Source: Spirochaetia bacterium (GTDB lineage: Bacteria; Spirochaetota; Spirochaetia; Treponematales; Treponemataceae). From it: 64,000 nt of DNA. The notes under the pieces are model-generated. The model did no database searches. It saw nothing but the letters and a program-made list of their open reading frames with translations, and was not told the DNA's origin. Location of the stretch: NCBI GenBank assembly GCA_900769975.1, contig CAAGIR010000142.1, forward strand, positions 3,869-67,868, in the 5' to 3' direction. A program made the translations under genes and the position numbers. This document shows, piece after piece, positions 19,022-29,819 of this stretch; the first letter of the stretch is position 1; every line of letters starts with the position of its first letter.

Positions 19022-21010
19022 ATGATTTATCTGGAAATAATTTTAAATCTTCCTGTAAATCAGGGATTCACCTATTCTTATAATCCTCCTGAAAATGAAA
19101 AACCAGAATTAATTCCGCAGATTGGAAAACGTGCCGAAATTATGTTTGGGAACAAAAAAACAGAAGGATTTATCATAAACATCAGTGATACAATTCCCAA
19201 AACATGTCCTGTTGACGAAAAAAAAATCAAAAATATCCGTCGTGTCATAGATAAAGAACCGCTGTTTGGTACAGAATTAATTGAAATGGCAAAATGGATT
19301 TCGCATTATTATTTATGTACCTTAGGTGAAGCAGTTTTTTCCATGATTCCTTCTGGCAGACGTGAAACAAGTGCAGGTGGATTTGGTTTTGAAGAAGACG
19401 TATCTGACAATCAGAAAAATGAACTTTCACAGGAACAGCAAAAGGCAGTAGACGATATTTTGAAAAATCCTGCCGGGTTTCATTATATTTACGGACCTAC
19501 AGGAACTGGCAAAACCGAAGTTTTTTTATCTCTTGCACAGAAAATGCTTGATGAAGGAAAAGGTGTAATTTATCTTGTGCCAGAAATTTCGCTTACAGGT
19601 CAGGTTGTACAGGCAGTATCAAAACGATTTAAAAATACAGCAGCTGTTTTACATTCTGGATTAACACCATCTCAAAGACTTGGCGAATGGCACAGAATTA
19701 TGCATAAAGAAGCTAGAATTGTGATAGGTGCTCGTTCTGCAATTTTTGCACCCGTTCCACAACTAGGTCTTGTCATAATTGATGAAGAACACGACGGTTC
19801 ATATAAATCAGGTAATAATCCTCGTTACCATGCCAGACAAGTTGCAATGCACAGGTGTTCTGAATTAAAAATTCCGCTTGTTTTGGGGAGTGCTACTCCT
19901 TCTGTAGAAGCGTGGTACGGAATGCAAAAAGGTACGATTCACAAACATTCGCTTACAAAAAGGCTTGCTGGTGGTGAAATGCCAAAAATCTCGTGCATAG
20001 ATTTATCAAAATATCAAAATGATAAATGCATTTCACAACCTTTGGAAGATAATATCAAAAAAACACTGGATAGCGGCCATCAGGTGATTTTATTTTTAAA
20101 TAGACGAGGATTTACACATTTTTTCAGATGCAATTCCTGCGGATATGAACTTGTGTGCAAAAACTGTTCCGTTCCGCTTACCTATCATAAAAATGATAAC
20201 AGACTTCGGTGCCATTATTGCGGATGGTCTTTATATCCGCCAGAAAGCTGTCCTAAATGCGGCTCTATGGATATAGGAACCTCGGGTTTTGGTACAGAAT
20301 ATATAGAAGCAGAAACAAAGGCAAAATTTCCTAATGCAAAAATTATTCGTCTGGATACTGATGCTTTAAAAAACAAAGAGCAGCTTTTGCAATCACTGGA
20401 AGATTTTAAAAATAAAAAATACGACATAATGCTTGGAACTCAAATGGTGGCAAAAGGCTTGAATTTTCCAAATCTTCAGCTTGTGGGCGTTATTCTTGCA
20501 GATGCAGGACTTCACATGCCTGATTTTCGTGCAGGAGAAAGAACTTTTTCATTAATAACTCAAGTTGCAGGTCGTGCAGGAAGATATTTTCCAGACGGAA
20601 AAGTTATTGTTCAGACTTACAGCCCTACAAGAGAACCGGTTTTTTATGCCTGTAGAAATCAAGTGGAAGATTTTTATAATTATGAACTTCAGCAAAGACA
20701 GATGCTTGAATTTCCACCGTTTTCCAGACTTTTGCGAATAGTTTTCCGGAGTTTTGACAAAAAAATGGCATATGAAACAGCAAATGATGCGACAAAAATT
20801 TTATCACAAAACATGCCAAGGGGAGCAGAAATAATTGGTCCTGCTGAATGTCCCATAGAAAAACTGAATTCTTCGTGGCGTTATCAAATTTTATTAAAAG
20901 GAAGTTCGATTATACCATTACAGTCGGCTGCAAGAAAACTTTTGTTTGATTATTCTCACAATCAGAATGTTTATCTTGAATATGATGTGGATCCTGTAAG
21001 TCTTTTATGA
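19022..21010 (+). CDS. priA: Primosomal protein N' (replication restart helicase PriA)
   Basis: Walker A GPTGTGKT, DEEH box, and a Cys-rich zinc-binding insert (CNSCGYELVCKNC...CHYCG). Confidence 0.9.
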   Translation: MIYLEIILNLPVNQGFTYSYNPPENEKPELIPQIGKRAEIMFGNKKTEGFIINISDTIPKTCPVDEKKIKNIRRVIDKEPLFGTELIEMAKWISHYYLCTLGEAVFSMIPSGRRETSAGGFGFEEDVSDNQKNELSQEQQKAVDDILKNPAGFHYIYGPTGTGKTEVFLSLAQKMLDEGKGVIYLVPEISLTGQVVQAVSKRFKNTAAVLHSGLTPSQRLGEWHRIMHKEARIVIGARSAIFAPVPQLGLVIIDEEHDGSYKSGNNPRYHARQVAMHRCSELKIPLVLGSATPSVEAWYGMQKGTIHKHSLTKRLAGGEMPKISCIDLSKYQNDKCISQPLEDNIKKTLDSGHQVILFLNRRGFTHFFRCNSCGYELVCKNCSVPLTYHKNDNRLRCHYCGWSLYPPESCPKCGSMDIGTSGFGTEYIEAETKAKFPNAKIIRLDTDALKNKEQLLQSLEDFKNKKYDIMLGTQMVAKGLNFPNLQLVGVILADAGLHMPDFRAGERTFSLITQVAGRAGRYFPDGKVIVQTYSPTREPVFYACRNQVEDFYNYELQQRQMLEFPPFSRLLRIVFRSFDKKMAYETANDATKILSQNMPRGAEIIGPAECPIEKLNSSWRYQILLKGSSIIPLQSAARKLLFDYSHNQNVYLEYDVDPVSLL

Positions 21011-21805
21011 TTATTCGTGACGCCTTATTCCGTCGAATTTTATTTCGTACAGAAAAAGTCCCTGCGGAGGTGCTGTAACACCGGCTTTTGTTCTGTCTTT
21101 TGAAAGGAGGATTTTTTGCATTGCCTCCGAAGAAGAACCATTTTTATCCAGATTAATTAAAGTGCCCGTTATCGTTCTCACCATTTTCCATAAAAATGCG
21201 TTTGCTTCTATTTGAAAAACAAGCAGTTCATTTCCCCATATATCTTTTTGAAGAAAAAAATGAGCATCATCAATGTAGCGGTTTGTTGAAACACTTTCAT
21301 CACCACTTGCGGCAAAAGCAGCACAGTCAAGTTCACCACGAAGACATTTAGAAAGCTGGTTCAAATGCTTTAAATCTGGTTGATATTTTTTAACTTGCCA
21401 GGTAAAACGTGAATTGTTGGCAGGATTTGCTTCATTAAAAGCAATAAAATATCTATACACACGACTTGTTGCTGATTTCCTGGCATTAAAATCCTCTGGA
21501 ACTTCTTTTGCATTCAAAATCCGAATATCTGACGGTAAAAATGCATTTAAAGCACGTACAAAATTTTGAGGAGGCATGGAATCTATGGGAGTATAAAAAT
21601 TTGCAGCCTGACCAAGTGCATGCACACCGCTGTCTGTTCGCCCAGAGCCATACAAATTAATTTCACTTTTATGAATTTTATACAGGGCTTTTTCTATTTC
21701 TCCTTGAACCGTTCTGAATGCTTCTCCGCCCTTTTCATTATCCTGACGCTGCCATCCACAAAAATCGGTACCATCATAAGATATTTTCAACAAAATATTC
21801 CGCAT
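21011..21805 (-). CDS. truA: tRNA pseudouridine(38-40) synthase TruA
   Basis: Catalytic GSGRTDSGVHA motif. Confidence 0.85.
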   Translation of the reverse strand: MRNILLKISYDGTDFCGWQRQDNEKGGEAFRTVQGEIEKALYKIHKSEINLYGSGRTDSGVHALGQAANFYTPIDSMPPQNFVRALNAFLPSDIRILNAKEVPEDFNARKSATSRVYRYFIAFNEANPANNSRFTWQVKKYQPDLKHLNQLSKCLRGELDCAAFAASGDESVSTNRYIDDAHFFLQKDIWGNELLVFQIEANAFLWKMVRTITGTLINLDKNGSSSEAMQKILLSKDRTKAGVTAPPQGLFLYEIKFDGIRRHE

Positions 21806-21845
21806 ACGTATCCTTTGACACTTGTTTTGAATTTATCACGCCAAT

Positions 21846-22730
21846 TTAAAAGTTTTCATCATTCAAAAGTTTTGAAATATTATCATATAGATCTCTTGCG
21901 TGTTCAAGCAAAGGACCTGGTTTGCTTTTTGAAGATTTTCCCAATCCAAATATTCTTGCAATTGCAGTTTTAGATTCATTTAGTTTTTTAAGCCTCATCT
22001 GAATGTCTTCCTGCTGACCATATTTATATTCCAAAAGCCCGCACAAATAAATTACGCCATCCCAACCGTAATTTTTATCCATATCAGGCCCCATATTTGC
22101 CAGTGTTGAACTTTTTTCTTCTTTTGATGTTTCCACAAAAACAGACTGCTGATATAAAAACAACGCTTTGCTGTAAAACATTTTTGCAACCAGATCATAA
22201 TTATGATTTGCACAAACTTTATTTATATCTTTTGAAAGCCAGGCCAGACGCAACGCAATAATTGCCTGTTTCATTGTAGGGATAATATATGCACCGATAT
22301 CATTATATGTCATAAGTGCAAGATAATACATCGCCGCACCATCATAAACAGTTCTTTGTTTTTTTAGATTAAAATATGGAAAAATTGTTTCACAATCTTC
22401 TTTACGCTTTTGAGAATGTTCATACAATTTATCTAAATCATCAGAAGAAATTTTTTCTGTAAAATCATTCCAGAACAAGGAAGTATAACAAAACGGACAA
22501 GTTCCAATTTCATAAATTAACGGATAAACCATACCGTATTTGGCTGATGGTTCAAAATTTCTATGAAGTTCATCTGTAAGACTTCCGGCAATCATACGAC
22601 CGTTTCCGCTACGCATAATTTCACGTTCAAAACTCTTTTTACAAACGGGACAATTACATTTATCTTTTGACCAATATGAAATGCCTACAGACGTTTTTTC
22701 ATTTCCTTTATTTTTTGAAGAAGAAGCCAT
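21846..22730 (-). CDS. Conserved hypothetical zinc-ribbon protein (DUF2225-like)
   Basis: Paired CxxC motifs (CPVCKK...CPFCYT) followed by an alpha-helical C-terminal domain. The gene is embedded in the truA-acpS-cdaR-cdaA operon. Confidence 0.4.
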   Translation of the reverse strand: MASSSKNKGNEKTSVGISYWSKDKCNCPVCKKSFEREIMRSGNGRMIAGSLTDELHRNFEPSAKYGMVYPLIYEIGTCPFCYTSLFWNDFTEKISSDDLDKLYEHSQKRKEDCETIFPYFNLKKQRTVYDGAAMYYLALMTYNDIGAYIIPTMKQAIIALRLAWLSKDINKVCANHNYDLVAKMFYSKALFLYQQSVFVETSKEEKSSTLANMGPDMDKNYGWDGVIYLCGLLEYKYGQQEDIQMRLKKLNESKTAIARIFGLGKSSKSKPGPLLEHARDLYDNISKLLNDENF

Positions 22731-22756
22731 TTTTCCTCCATTTTTTACTTACAATA

Positions 22757-23134
22757 TTACATCACTTTTTCTATAATAACAAATGCTACGGCAAATTCTT
22801 TTTCGTGACTTAAAGATACAAAAAGGTTATTATCGCTGCATCGTTCCTGAAGTATTTTTTTTGCATTATTTTCGATATTTAAAATAGGTTTTCCTTCCTT
22901 ATTATTTGTAATATAAACATCTTTTAAACTAAAATCTGTAATTCCCGTTCCCAACGCTTTTGAAAATGCTTCCTTTGCTGCAAAACGTGCCGCGTAATGC
23001 TCACACTTTGCATAAATGCTTCCTTTTTCCATTATTTCATTTTCATTAAAAAAACGAGCTATAAAATCGGGATTATTTACCCATTTTTCAAAACGATTTA
23101 CTTTTGCAATATCCGTTCCGATTCCATAAATCAT
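22757..23134 (-). CDS. acpS: Holo-[acyl-carrier-protein] synthase
   Basis: MIYGIGTDIAKVNRF N-terminus characteristic of AcpS. The start is placed at the internal Met (the track ORF extends to 23170). Confidence 0.8.
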   Translation of the reverse strand: MIYGIGTDIAKVNRFEKWVNNPDFIARFFNENEIMEKGSIYAKCEHYAARFAAKEAFSKALGTGITDFSLKDVYITNNKEGKPILNIENNAKKILQERCSDNNLFVSLSHEKEFAVAFVIIEKVM

Positions 23135-23153
23135 TGTTATACCTGTTTTTCCT

Positions 23154-24263
23154 TTATTCCTGATTACCACTATTCACTGCAGGATTTTCATTTTTAAGCA
23201 TGTTGTTTACGGCACCTTCAACTTTTGACATCATCAAATCCTTGTGATTTTTATTATCGGACACATTTTCCACTGGAGTTATAGAATTATCTTCATCGTA
23301 AAGATTTTCTTCAAGTTCATTTGTCTTTTTTATTACTTTTATATTAACTTTTTCAAATGACTTACTTATCGTTTCGAACTTTTTGGGAACATTCAGTTTT
23401 ACGCTTAAAGTATAAGTACCTTCTGATTGTATTTCTGAACAATCTATGTATGCAAAATTTTCCGGCGGTTCATAAGATTCCAGGTCGGGCATTGTTCCTT
23501 TTAACAAAACATTTAACTTTGGTACGGTAGAAATAATTTCAAATTCATCAGAAAGAGTGCGAGCTTCAATGTTAATGTTTGTAATTTGTTTTTCATAATT
23601 TAAAGGTGCGATTATCACCGTTGCAGTAAAAGGAGTTTCTTCCAGAATTTCTATATTCTTTGAAGGCTTTATGTATTCAACTTCTGATTTAAATGTATTT
23701 TTCGCATTTGAAACATTAATTTTTGTTGTTTCTATGACAGTTATTTTATCCAGAACAGATTTAGCACCAGAAATCTGTAAAAAAGACGGATTCATTTCTA
23801 CAGCAGAAACGGTATAGCCATGTGCCGCATCTCCTACAACAGAAGGCGAAAATTCAACATATTTTGTTTCTTTATAATCAACTTTGATGTTTACCTGACG
23901 ATCCTTTAATTTTACTTCCAGAGGATCATATTCCATCAGTTTATCGGAAAGATTTAATTGTACAGGAATTTGATATGAACCTTTTTCTGTAATATTGTCC
24001 AGATCAACAACTGCTTCGAAATCAGAAGATACGATGGATTTTACATCGCTGTCATTTCCCCTTACAACAACGGCAACAGCAGAAGGAACAGTTCCCACAT
24101 GCATAACAAGGCCGTTTTCTATTATTTTTAAAGGGACTACGACATTTTTTTTATCAATAATTGAAGTCTGATGAAAGATATACAAAAAAATTGAAATAAT
24201 CAGACAGATGATTTTTACAGGCCAGTTATCAAGAAGCCTGCTAATTAATGATTTTTTGTTCAT
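23154..24263 (-). CDS. cdaR: YbbR-domain protein (CdaR, regulator of diadenylate cyclase CdaA)
   Basis: N-terminal transmembrane segment then repeated YbbR-like beta-rich domains. Its start overlaps the 3' end of cdaA. Confidence 0.7.
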   Translation of the reverse strand: MNKKSLISRLLDNWPVKIICLIISIFLYIFHQTSIIDKKNVVVPLKIIENGLVMHVGTVPSAVAVVVRGNDSDVKSIVSSDFEAVVDLDNITEKGSYQIPVQLNLSDKLMEYDPLEVKLKDRQVNIKVDYKETKYVEFSPSVVGDAAHGYTVSAVEMNPSFLQISGAKSVLDKITVIETTKINVSNAKNTFKSEVEYIKPSKNIEILEETPFTATVIIAPLNYEKQITNINIEARTLSDEFEIISTVPKLNVLLKGTMPDLESYEPPENFAYIDCSEIQSEGTYTLSVKLNVPKKFETISKSFEKVNIKVIKKTNELEENLYDEDNSITPVENVSDNKNHKDLMMSKVEGAVNNMLKNENPAVNSGNQE

Positions 24264-25056
24264 CTATCGTATCCTCCACAACTTTTTGCTCAGAAGTAAT
24301 TTCAAGAAGGTTTTCAAGAATTTTTCGTATTTCATCAGATGATAAATCGTAATTAAGTTTTGAATCGTAGGCAAGACTTAACGCGCCAGATTCTTCTGAA
24401 ACAACAAGAACTACAGCATCAGACACTTCTGAAAGTCCAAGGGCTGCACGGTGACGAGTTCCATACGTTTTTTTAATAGTATAATTTTCACTTACAGGCA
24501 AAAAACATCCTGCAGCTACAAGTTTACCGCCTTTTATAAAACACGCTCCATCGTGTAAAGAAGTGTCTTTTCCAAAAATTGTTATAAGCAAAGTTGAAGA
24601 AAGATCGGCATTAAGTTTTGTACCTGTCTGTATGTAATTTTCAAGCTGAGTATTCCGCATAAAAACTGCGAGCATTCCTCTTTTTTGTTTAGAAAGCATT
24701 TCAGCCGCTATTAAAACTGCATCTACATAAGTGTGTTTTGATTTTTTACCAAATGCGAACCACCCGTTTTGCCCAATTCTGATAAAAAGTTTTCGGATTT
24801 CTGGCTGGAAAATTAAAGCAAAAGCAATAACAAGCCCTGGAGCGATTAAATTTAAAAGCCAGAGTAAAGTCTGCAAATCTAAAAGTACGGCAACTCCAAA
24901 AGCAATTGCAACAATAACAAGTGCTTTGAACATCTGAACGCCATTCGTTTTTGAAATAAAATCATAGGCCTTGTATAAAATGAAAGTCATTACCGCAATA
25001 TCCAAAAGAGGCCTAATAAAATCGTATATGTGTATAAACTTGTCAAACCCAACCAT
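24241..25056 (-). CDS. cdaA: Membrane-anchored diadenylate cyclase (c-di-AMP synthase) CdaA
   Basis: Three N-terminal transmembrane helices then a DAC domain (DGA...GTRHRAALGLSEVSDAVVLVVSEESG). Confidence 0.85.
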   Translation of the reverse strand: MVGFDKFIHIYDFIRPLLDIAVMTFILYKAYDFISKTNGVQMFKALVIVAIAFGVAVLLDLQTLLWLLNLIAPGLVIAFALIFQPEIRKLFIRIGQNGWFAFGKKSKHTYVDAVLIAAEMLSKQKRGMLAVFMRNTQLENYIQTGTKLNADLSSTLLITIFGKDTSLHDGACFIKGGKLVAAGCFLPVSENYTIKKTYGTRHRAALGLSEVSDAVVLVVSEESGALSLAYDSKLNYDLSSDEIRKILENLLEITSEQKVVEDTIDEQKIIN

Positions 25057-25152
25057 ATCTATATAGTTTATCGTATTTTATAAGATTTATCACGTGTTTT
25101 TTATTCATTTTTAAAAATTTAATGTAATTTTCAGTTTAAAATTAAACTTCTA

Positions 25153-25440
25153 TAAAAATTGCACACCGCAGAAAGTTTCAACTTTCGAGGATTGCAATTG
25201 CGTTCGCGTTCTCGCGAACAGTCCAATAACAGAGTTTCCCCAGAAACTCTAAGTTAAATCAAATGGCGCCATTTCAGCCATTTGATTTATACTTCCTTAA
25301 AATTGCACACCGCAGAAAGTTTCAACTTTCGAGGATTGCAATTGCGTTCGCGTTTTCGCGAACAATTTAATAAGAGAGTTTCGTAAGAAACTCTAAGTTA
25401 AATCAAATGGCGCTATTTCAGCCATTTGATTTATACGTTG
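25153..25440. repeat. Tandem direct repeat, 2 copies of about 144 bp (about 93% identical), each carrying five palindromic or hairpin elements
   Basis: Copy 1 begins near 25155 (aaaattgcacaccgcag...) and copy 2 near 25299. Each unit contains gaaagtttcaactttc, gcaattgc, ttcgcg-N4-cgcgaa, agagttt-N6-aaactct and aaatcaaatgg-N11-ccatttgattt. Confidence 0.85.
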
Positions 25441-25448
25441 AAATTAAT

Positions 25449-25498
25449 AAAAAAAATACAAAAAAAAACACCACAGACTGATGGATTGCCTGTGGTGT
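25449..25498 (-). terminator. Rho-independent terminator of the flgE transcript
   Basis: Perfect 9-bp stem acaccacag/ctgtggtgt (25468-25498) with a 13-nt loop. On the minus strand it is followed by a T-run of at least 8, interrupted once. Confidence 0.7.
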
Positions 25499-25566
25499 CA
25501 AAAAACTTCAAAAGTATTAGACTTTATCGGTAATATTATTTTTTTATTTTGTACTGCTATTTAAGA

Positions 25567-26958
25567 TTATCGTTTCAATCCTAAAACAGTTTCAAGCAAA
25601 GTATCTGCAGTCTGAATTGTTTTTGCATTCGACTGGAAACCACGCTGTGTTACAATCATATCTGTAAGCTGTTCAGAAAGGTCAACGTTTGACATTTCCA
25701 AAGCACCAGCCATCAAAGAACCTTTTCCAGCCACCCCAGATTCGCCAATTCTTGCCATACCAGAGTTGTTTGATTCTACATAAGTGTTATCACCTTTTTT
25801 TTCAAGACCTCTGTCGTTTGCGAATGTAGCCATTGCAATCTGACCGATTGTGCGGTTTGTTCCATTTGAATAAACACCTGTAATAATTCCGCTGGAATCA
25901 ATTTTGAAATTATCAAGATAACCCATTGTATATCCATCTTGATAAAATGCTTTTGTTGTTGACTTTGAAGCCGACTGTGTAATTGTATCTTTGAAAGAAC
26001 CGATTGTTCCAAGATTTATATTTAAAGTCTGACGATAAGGATTTCCCTGTTCATCAACATTTGAATCAGAAACTGCAAAAGATGCCTGAACTACAACATT
26101 TCCTTCTGGATTTGTTACATTTCCTGCAGTATCAGTAACTGACTGCAAAGCACCATAATTGTCAAAGTTTACGATAAAAGTGTTTCCCATACCGTCTGTT
26201 GTACCAAGTCCTACTCTAGTCTGTGTATAATCAGCATTGTCAGGATCAATCTGAACTGTTGCTTCCCACTGATTAGGATTTCCAACTACACGGCGGAATG
26301 AAACAGATAGCATATGTTCGTTTCCAAAACTATCGTAAATTTTCTGTTCTGTTCCCCATGTTCCTTTGAAAATGTCATCAGCACTAGCTCCTTCAAGAAT
26401 TTCAGGAGTATTTTTATTTAAGTTACATGCAAAATTTACATTTGTCGTTTCTTTTGCAGGATCTTTCGAACCTACTGGAATAATCAAATCTTCCGGGGTT
26501 GCCGCTGTAGTAACAAGCATCTGTCCGTTAATTTCTTCTGCCATCCATCCTTGAACACGCATACCGTTTGCAGGATTAACCAGCGTTCCGTCCATATCAA
26601 GTCCAAAAGCACCGTTTCTTGTATAATAAGTTTCTTCACCATTTTTCATCACAAAAAATCCGTTACCCTGGATAGCAAGGTCAGTAGAAATACCAGTAGA
26701 CTGAAGATTTCCTTGAGTGAATACGTTGTCAATAGAAGCAACTGTCATTCCAAGACCAACTTCTTTTGGGTTTACACCGCCCAGTTCATCAGTTGGTTTT
26801 GCAGCACCGCTTAACTGCTGACTAATCATATCCTGAAAATTAACACGTCCACGTTTAAATCCGTTTGTATTAACATTTGAAATGTTATTACCAATTACGT
26901 CCATTCTTGTCTGGTGATTCTGTAATCCAGAAACTCCAGAATAAAGTGATCTCATCAT
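25567..26958 (-). CDS. flgE: Flagellar hook protein FlgE
   Basis: N-terminal [35 protein letters not shown] and C-terminal [26 protein letters not shown], the conserved terminal regions of flagellar basal body and hook proteins. 463 aa, as in Treponema FlgE. Confidence 0.95.
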   Translation of the reverse strand: MMRSLYSGVSGLQNHQTRMDVIGNNISNVNTNGFKRGRVNFQDMISQQLSGAAKPTDELGGVNPKEVGLGMTVASIDNVFTQGNLQSTGISTDLAIQGNGFFVMKNGEETYYTRNGAFGLDMDGTLVNPANGMRVQGWMAEEINGQMLVTTAATPEDLIIPVGSKDPAKETTNVNFACNLNKNTPEILEGASADDIFKGTWGTEQKIYDSFGNEHMLSVSFRRVVGNPNQWEATVQIDPDNADYTQTRVGLGTTDGMGNTFIVNFDNYGALQSVTDTAGNVTNPEGNVVVQASFAVSDSNVDEQGNPYRQTLNINLGTIGSFKDTITQSASKSTTKAFYQDGYTMGYLDNFKIDSSGIITGVYSNGTNRTIGQIAMATFANDRGLEKKGDNTYVESNNSGMARIGESGVAGKGSLMAGALEMSNVDLSEQLTDMIVTQRGFQSNAKTIQTADTLLETVLGLKR

Positions 26959-26987
26959 ATATTTAGCCCTCTTTTTCCAAAATAAAA

Positions 26988-27434
26988 TTAGTTAGCGTAA
27001 ATTGCTGCTATTTTATCCATCGAATAATACATACCATTTACAAGAATCTGAGGATTGTCCCCTCGTGTTGCACCTTCCACAATTCCTGTTGTAGTTGTAT
27101 CTCCAATATTCAATTCAACTGTTTTTCCAAGAGTCGAAGCGGCTTCCGAACTGTTAATAAACGAAGCCATTTTACTAAAAGCAGAACTCATGTTTGTCAT
27201 CTGCTCCAAAGAACTGAATTGTGCCATCTGCGAAATAAATTCAGTGTTTTCCATAGGATTTGTAGGATCCTGATTTGAAAGCTGGGTAATCAACAATTTT
27301 AGAAAATCATCTTTTCCCAATTCATTGGAAGTTTTCTTCCCTTCTTTTACAAGTGTCTTGTTATAGTTGTTAACCTGGTTTTCAACTAATGCTTTGTCAC
27401 TTGCATTCATTTGTGTGTTAAGTAGTTCCATCAT
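26988..27434 (-). CDS. flgD: Flagellar hook assembly (capping) protein FlgD
   Basis: Conserved FlgD N-domain ([22 protein letters not shown]). Immediately upstream of flgE. Confidence 0.85.
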   Translation of the reverse strand: MMELLNTQMNASDKALVENQVNNYNKTLVKEGKKTSNELGKDDFLKLLITQLSNQDPTNPMENTEFISQMAQFSSLEQMTNMSSAFSKMASFINSSEAASTLGKTVELNIGDTTTTGIVEGATRGDNPQILVNGMYYSMDKIAAIYAN

Positions 27435-27514
27435 CTACTCCCAAAAAAATATTTGTTATATTTAAGAAAAAACGCAAAATCTTTTCTTAAATCTGCTTTT
27501 TTTATATCGTCAAA

Positions 27515-29113
27515 TTACGCAACAATGTTTACTGAATAATTTGAATATTTTTCTGCTGCATCTGCAAAATTTTCTGCTGCAGATACAGAAGCACCGTCAC
27601 CATTTGAATAAACTCTTTTTGCAAGAAGTTCTGTTCCGTCATTTTGATTTTCAAAACCAGAATTTTGAGCAAAAGATGAATTTGAATTGTTGTAAGAAAC
27701 TTCAAATCCTGCTGCATCAAATCCGTTTTTAATGAACGCTTCTCGTAAAGTTTCAGCATTATCTTTAAAAACCTGGAGTGCTTCCTTTGAAGAAACAATT
27801 ATATTTGCCGAAATAGATTTTCCATCCAAAGAAAGATGAATTTTTACATTTCCCAAATCATCAGGATGCAAGACAAGATTAATTTGTCCCTGGTCATTAT
27901 CTTTCAGGATAATATTTCCCGCTTTTACAAATTCTGGAACGCTGTTTTGAATCTGATTATTAAGCATTGCCTGGAAATTTGAACCGTTTGAACCAGCTGT
28001 CTGATTATTCAAAGAAAGAACATCAGCATTTATATTCTGATTCATTTCCATATTGATGTAAGGAACGCCTTCTTCGGAAAGTTCAAGTTTTGACATTTTA
28101 AGTTCTGCACCAAATCCATCATTTTTTGAATTTCCGTTTTCGCCGTTTTTCATTAAATCTGCATTTTTATGAGCAACACTTCGCAAATCCTGCACAGTTA
28201 TTTTGCCATTATTTGAAACAGAAAGTGCATTTTTTTCATTCTGACTCATTTCAAGCATTTTTGAAAAGTCAGATTCTTCATTGCTTTCAGAATTTCCAGA
28301 ATCAGAACCTTTTTGCAGATTTTTTTGCAAACCGTTTTGACTTACATTTTCTAGATTTTGTGCCAGCAGAATATTTTCATCAAAATTCTGATTATTTTGT
28401 TCAAAATCTTCTATATTATTTTTATTAATCAAAGATTTTGAAAGTCCTTTTTTTTCATCAGAAGTGATTTTTGAAGCATTTTCTGTTTTTTCTGCAAGAT
28501 TGCGACTGCCATTAAAAGAAATTTCATTAACTCTGTCAAAATCTCTGTCAGAAAGAACTTTGCTGTTTTTTGATGATTTTTTGTCGGACACATTTTTATC
28601 CGATTTTTTACTCAAAGAAACGTTTTCATCATTTTCAAGATTTTTATCACCATCTTGTCGAACAAAATGTACGTCATTTTTTTTGTTTTCTTCCGCGGCA
28701 AAGTCATTTTTGTTTTCATCAACTTTTTGTGAAGTTTCATCTGATGTTTTTTCTTTGTATGCTACATTTGATTCAGTTTTCTGTTTTTCGTAAAAATCAG
28801 AAACTCTTTCACTTCCAGAATTAAAAGTTTCACCACCATCAAAACTTTTTACTTCACCCGCTTCAGATTTAAATGAACTTTGAACAAAACTTTTTTCACC
28901 AAAAACATTTTTATTCAAATCAGAATTATAGGAATTAAGCATATCCATAAAAGAAACGGATTTTCCATTATTATTGCTGTTTTGAATATTGTTTTGGGAA
29001 GAAGAACCGTTCAAATTAAATGAAACGTTTTGAGAATCAAAATTAAAATTTGTAATTGTCTGATAAGACACTTGGCAAATCTCCCTAAATATTGTGACAG
29101 ATTTGCCAATCAA
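27515..29113 (-). CDS. fliK: Flagellar hook-length control protein FliK (Tap1-like)
   Basis: C-terminal Flg_hook domain (INLVLHPDDLGNVKIHLSLDGKSISANIIV) and a long low-complexity N-terminal region. Located upstream of flgD-flgE. Confidence 0.75.
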   Translation of the reverse strand: MIGKSVTIFREICQVSYQTITNFNFDSQNVSFNLNGSSSQNNIQNSNNNGKSVSFMDMLNSYNSDLNKNVFGEKSFVQSSFKSEAGEVKSFDGGETFNSGSERVSDFYEKQKTESNVAYKEKTSDETSQKVDENKNDFAAEENKKNDVHFVRQDGDKNLENDENVSLSKKSDKNVSDKKSSKNSKVLSDRDFDRVNEISFNGSRNLAEKTENASKITSDEKKGLSKSLINKNNIEDFEQNNQNFDENILLAQNLENVSQNGLQKNLQKGSDSGNSESNEESDFSKMLEMSQNEKNALSVSNNGKITVQDLRSVAHKNADLMKNGENGNSKNDGFGAELKMSKLELSEEGVPYINMEMNQNINADVLSLNNQTAGSNGSNFQAMLNNQIQNSVPEFVKAGNIILKDNDQGQINLVLHPDDLGNVKIHLSLDGKSISANIIVSSKEALQVFKDNAETLREAFIKNGFDAAGFEVSYNNSNSSFAQNSGFENQNDGTELLAKRVYSNGDGASVSAAENFADAAEKYSNYSVNIVA

Positions 29114-29117
29114 ACAA

Positions 29118-29747
29118 CTACTCCAAAGACTCTGGTTTACTTATCATCTTGCGCTGTATTTGGGCAGCCCGCTCGGATTTCATTAACGATAACCAGTACG
29201 ATCCCATTGAAGAAGAACCATTTGCCGCCGCAATTTCTTCAACCTTCCGCAGAACATCAATAACAGTTTGATCGTCCATAGCTTCCAGAATGGCAACTGC
29301 TGATTCAGGTCTCATGCCGTTTAGATTATTAGCAATCTGTTCAACATTTATATTCTTATCATCGTATTTTTTTACCGTCTGGTTAAATGTTTTTTCACGT
29401 TCTTCCTGATTTTTTTCTCGTTCTGCAAGTTCAGCCGAAACCTGTTGATTTTGCTGTTCCATCACCACGATATCCGCTTCACGCTTATCAAGTTCTTCCT
29501 GCAAAAGTAAAAGTGCTTCACGCTGCTTTAATAAACGGTCTTCATCAAGATTTGATGTAAGTAAATCAGATTGAGTAATGGTTTGTGAAGTTTGAGGTGT
29601 CTTTTTTAAAAGTTTGTATACAGGCGAAAATACCGATTTGACATGAATAACACCAAGATAATCAAACCAAAGCAATCCGCCTACTATCAAAATCAAAATG
29701 ACGATTAAGAGAAGAAAAGATTTACCAAAACTTTGTTTAAAAGACAT
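29118..29747 (-). CDS. FlbB/YlxF-like membrane-anchored flagellar protein (MgtE-N/MotE-like helical domain)
   Basis: N-terminal transmembrane helix, a coiled-coil, then a C-terminal PESAVAILEAMDDQTVIDVLRKV...AAQI motif typical of the protein encoded upstream of fliK in Bacillus and spirochete hook operons. Confidence 0.5.
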   Translation of the reverse strand: MSFKQSFGKSFLLLIVILILIVGGLLWFDYLGVIHVKSVFSPVYKLLKKTPQTSQTITQSDLLTSNLDEDRLLKQREALLLLQEELDKREADIVVMEQQNQQVSAELAEREKNQEEREKTFNQTVKKYDDKNINVEQIANNLNGMRPESAVAILEAMDDQTVIDVLRKVEEIAAANGSSSMGSYWLSLMKSERAAQIQRKMISKPESLE

Positions 29748-29819
29748 ATTTTAAATATTTTAACTTAAAAACAGATATTTTGCAATTAAAATTCAGAAAG
29801 ATGAATAAAAATCCAAATA

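Noticed and set aside
25261-25368. Short ATG-initiated frames (35 and 24 codons) starting at aaATGgcgcc inside each repeat unit
   Set aside because: They have no Shine-Dalgarno sequence and they span the repeat junction. The two copies would encode different C-termini. The structure-preserving substitution pattern favours an RNA or DNA-structure role over coding.
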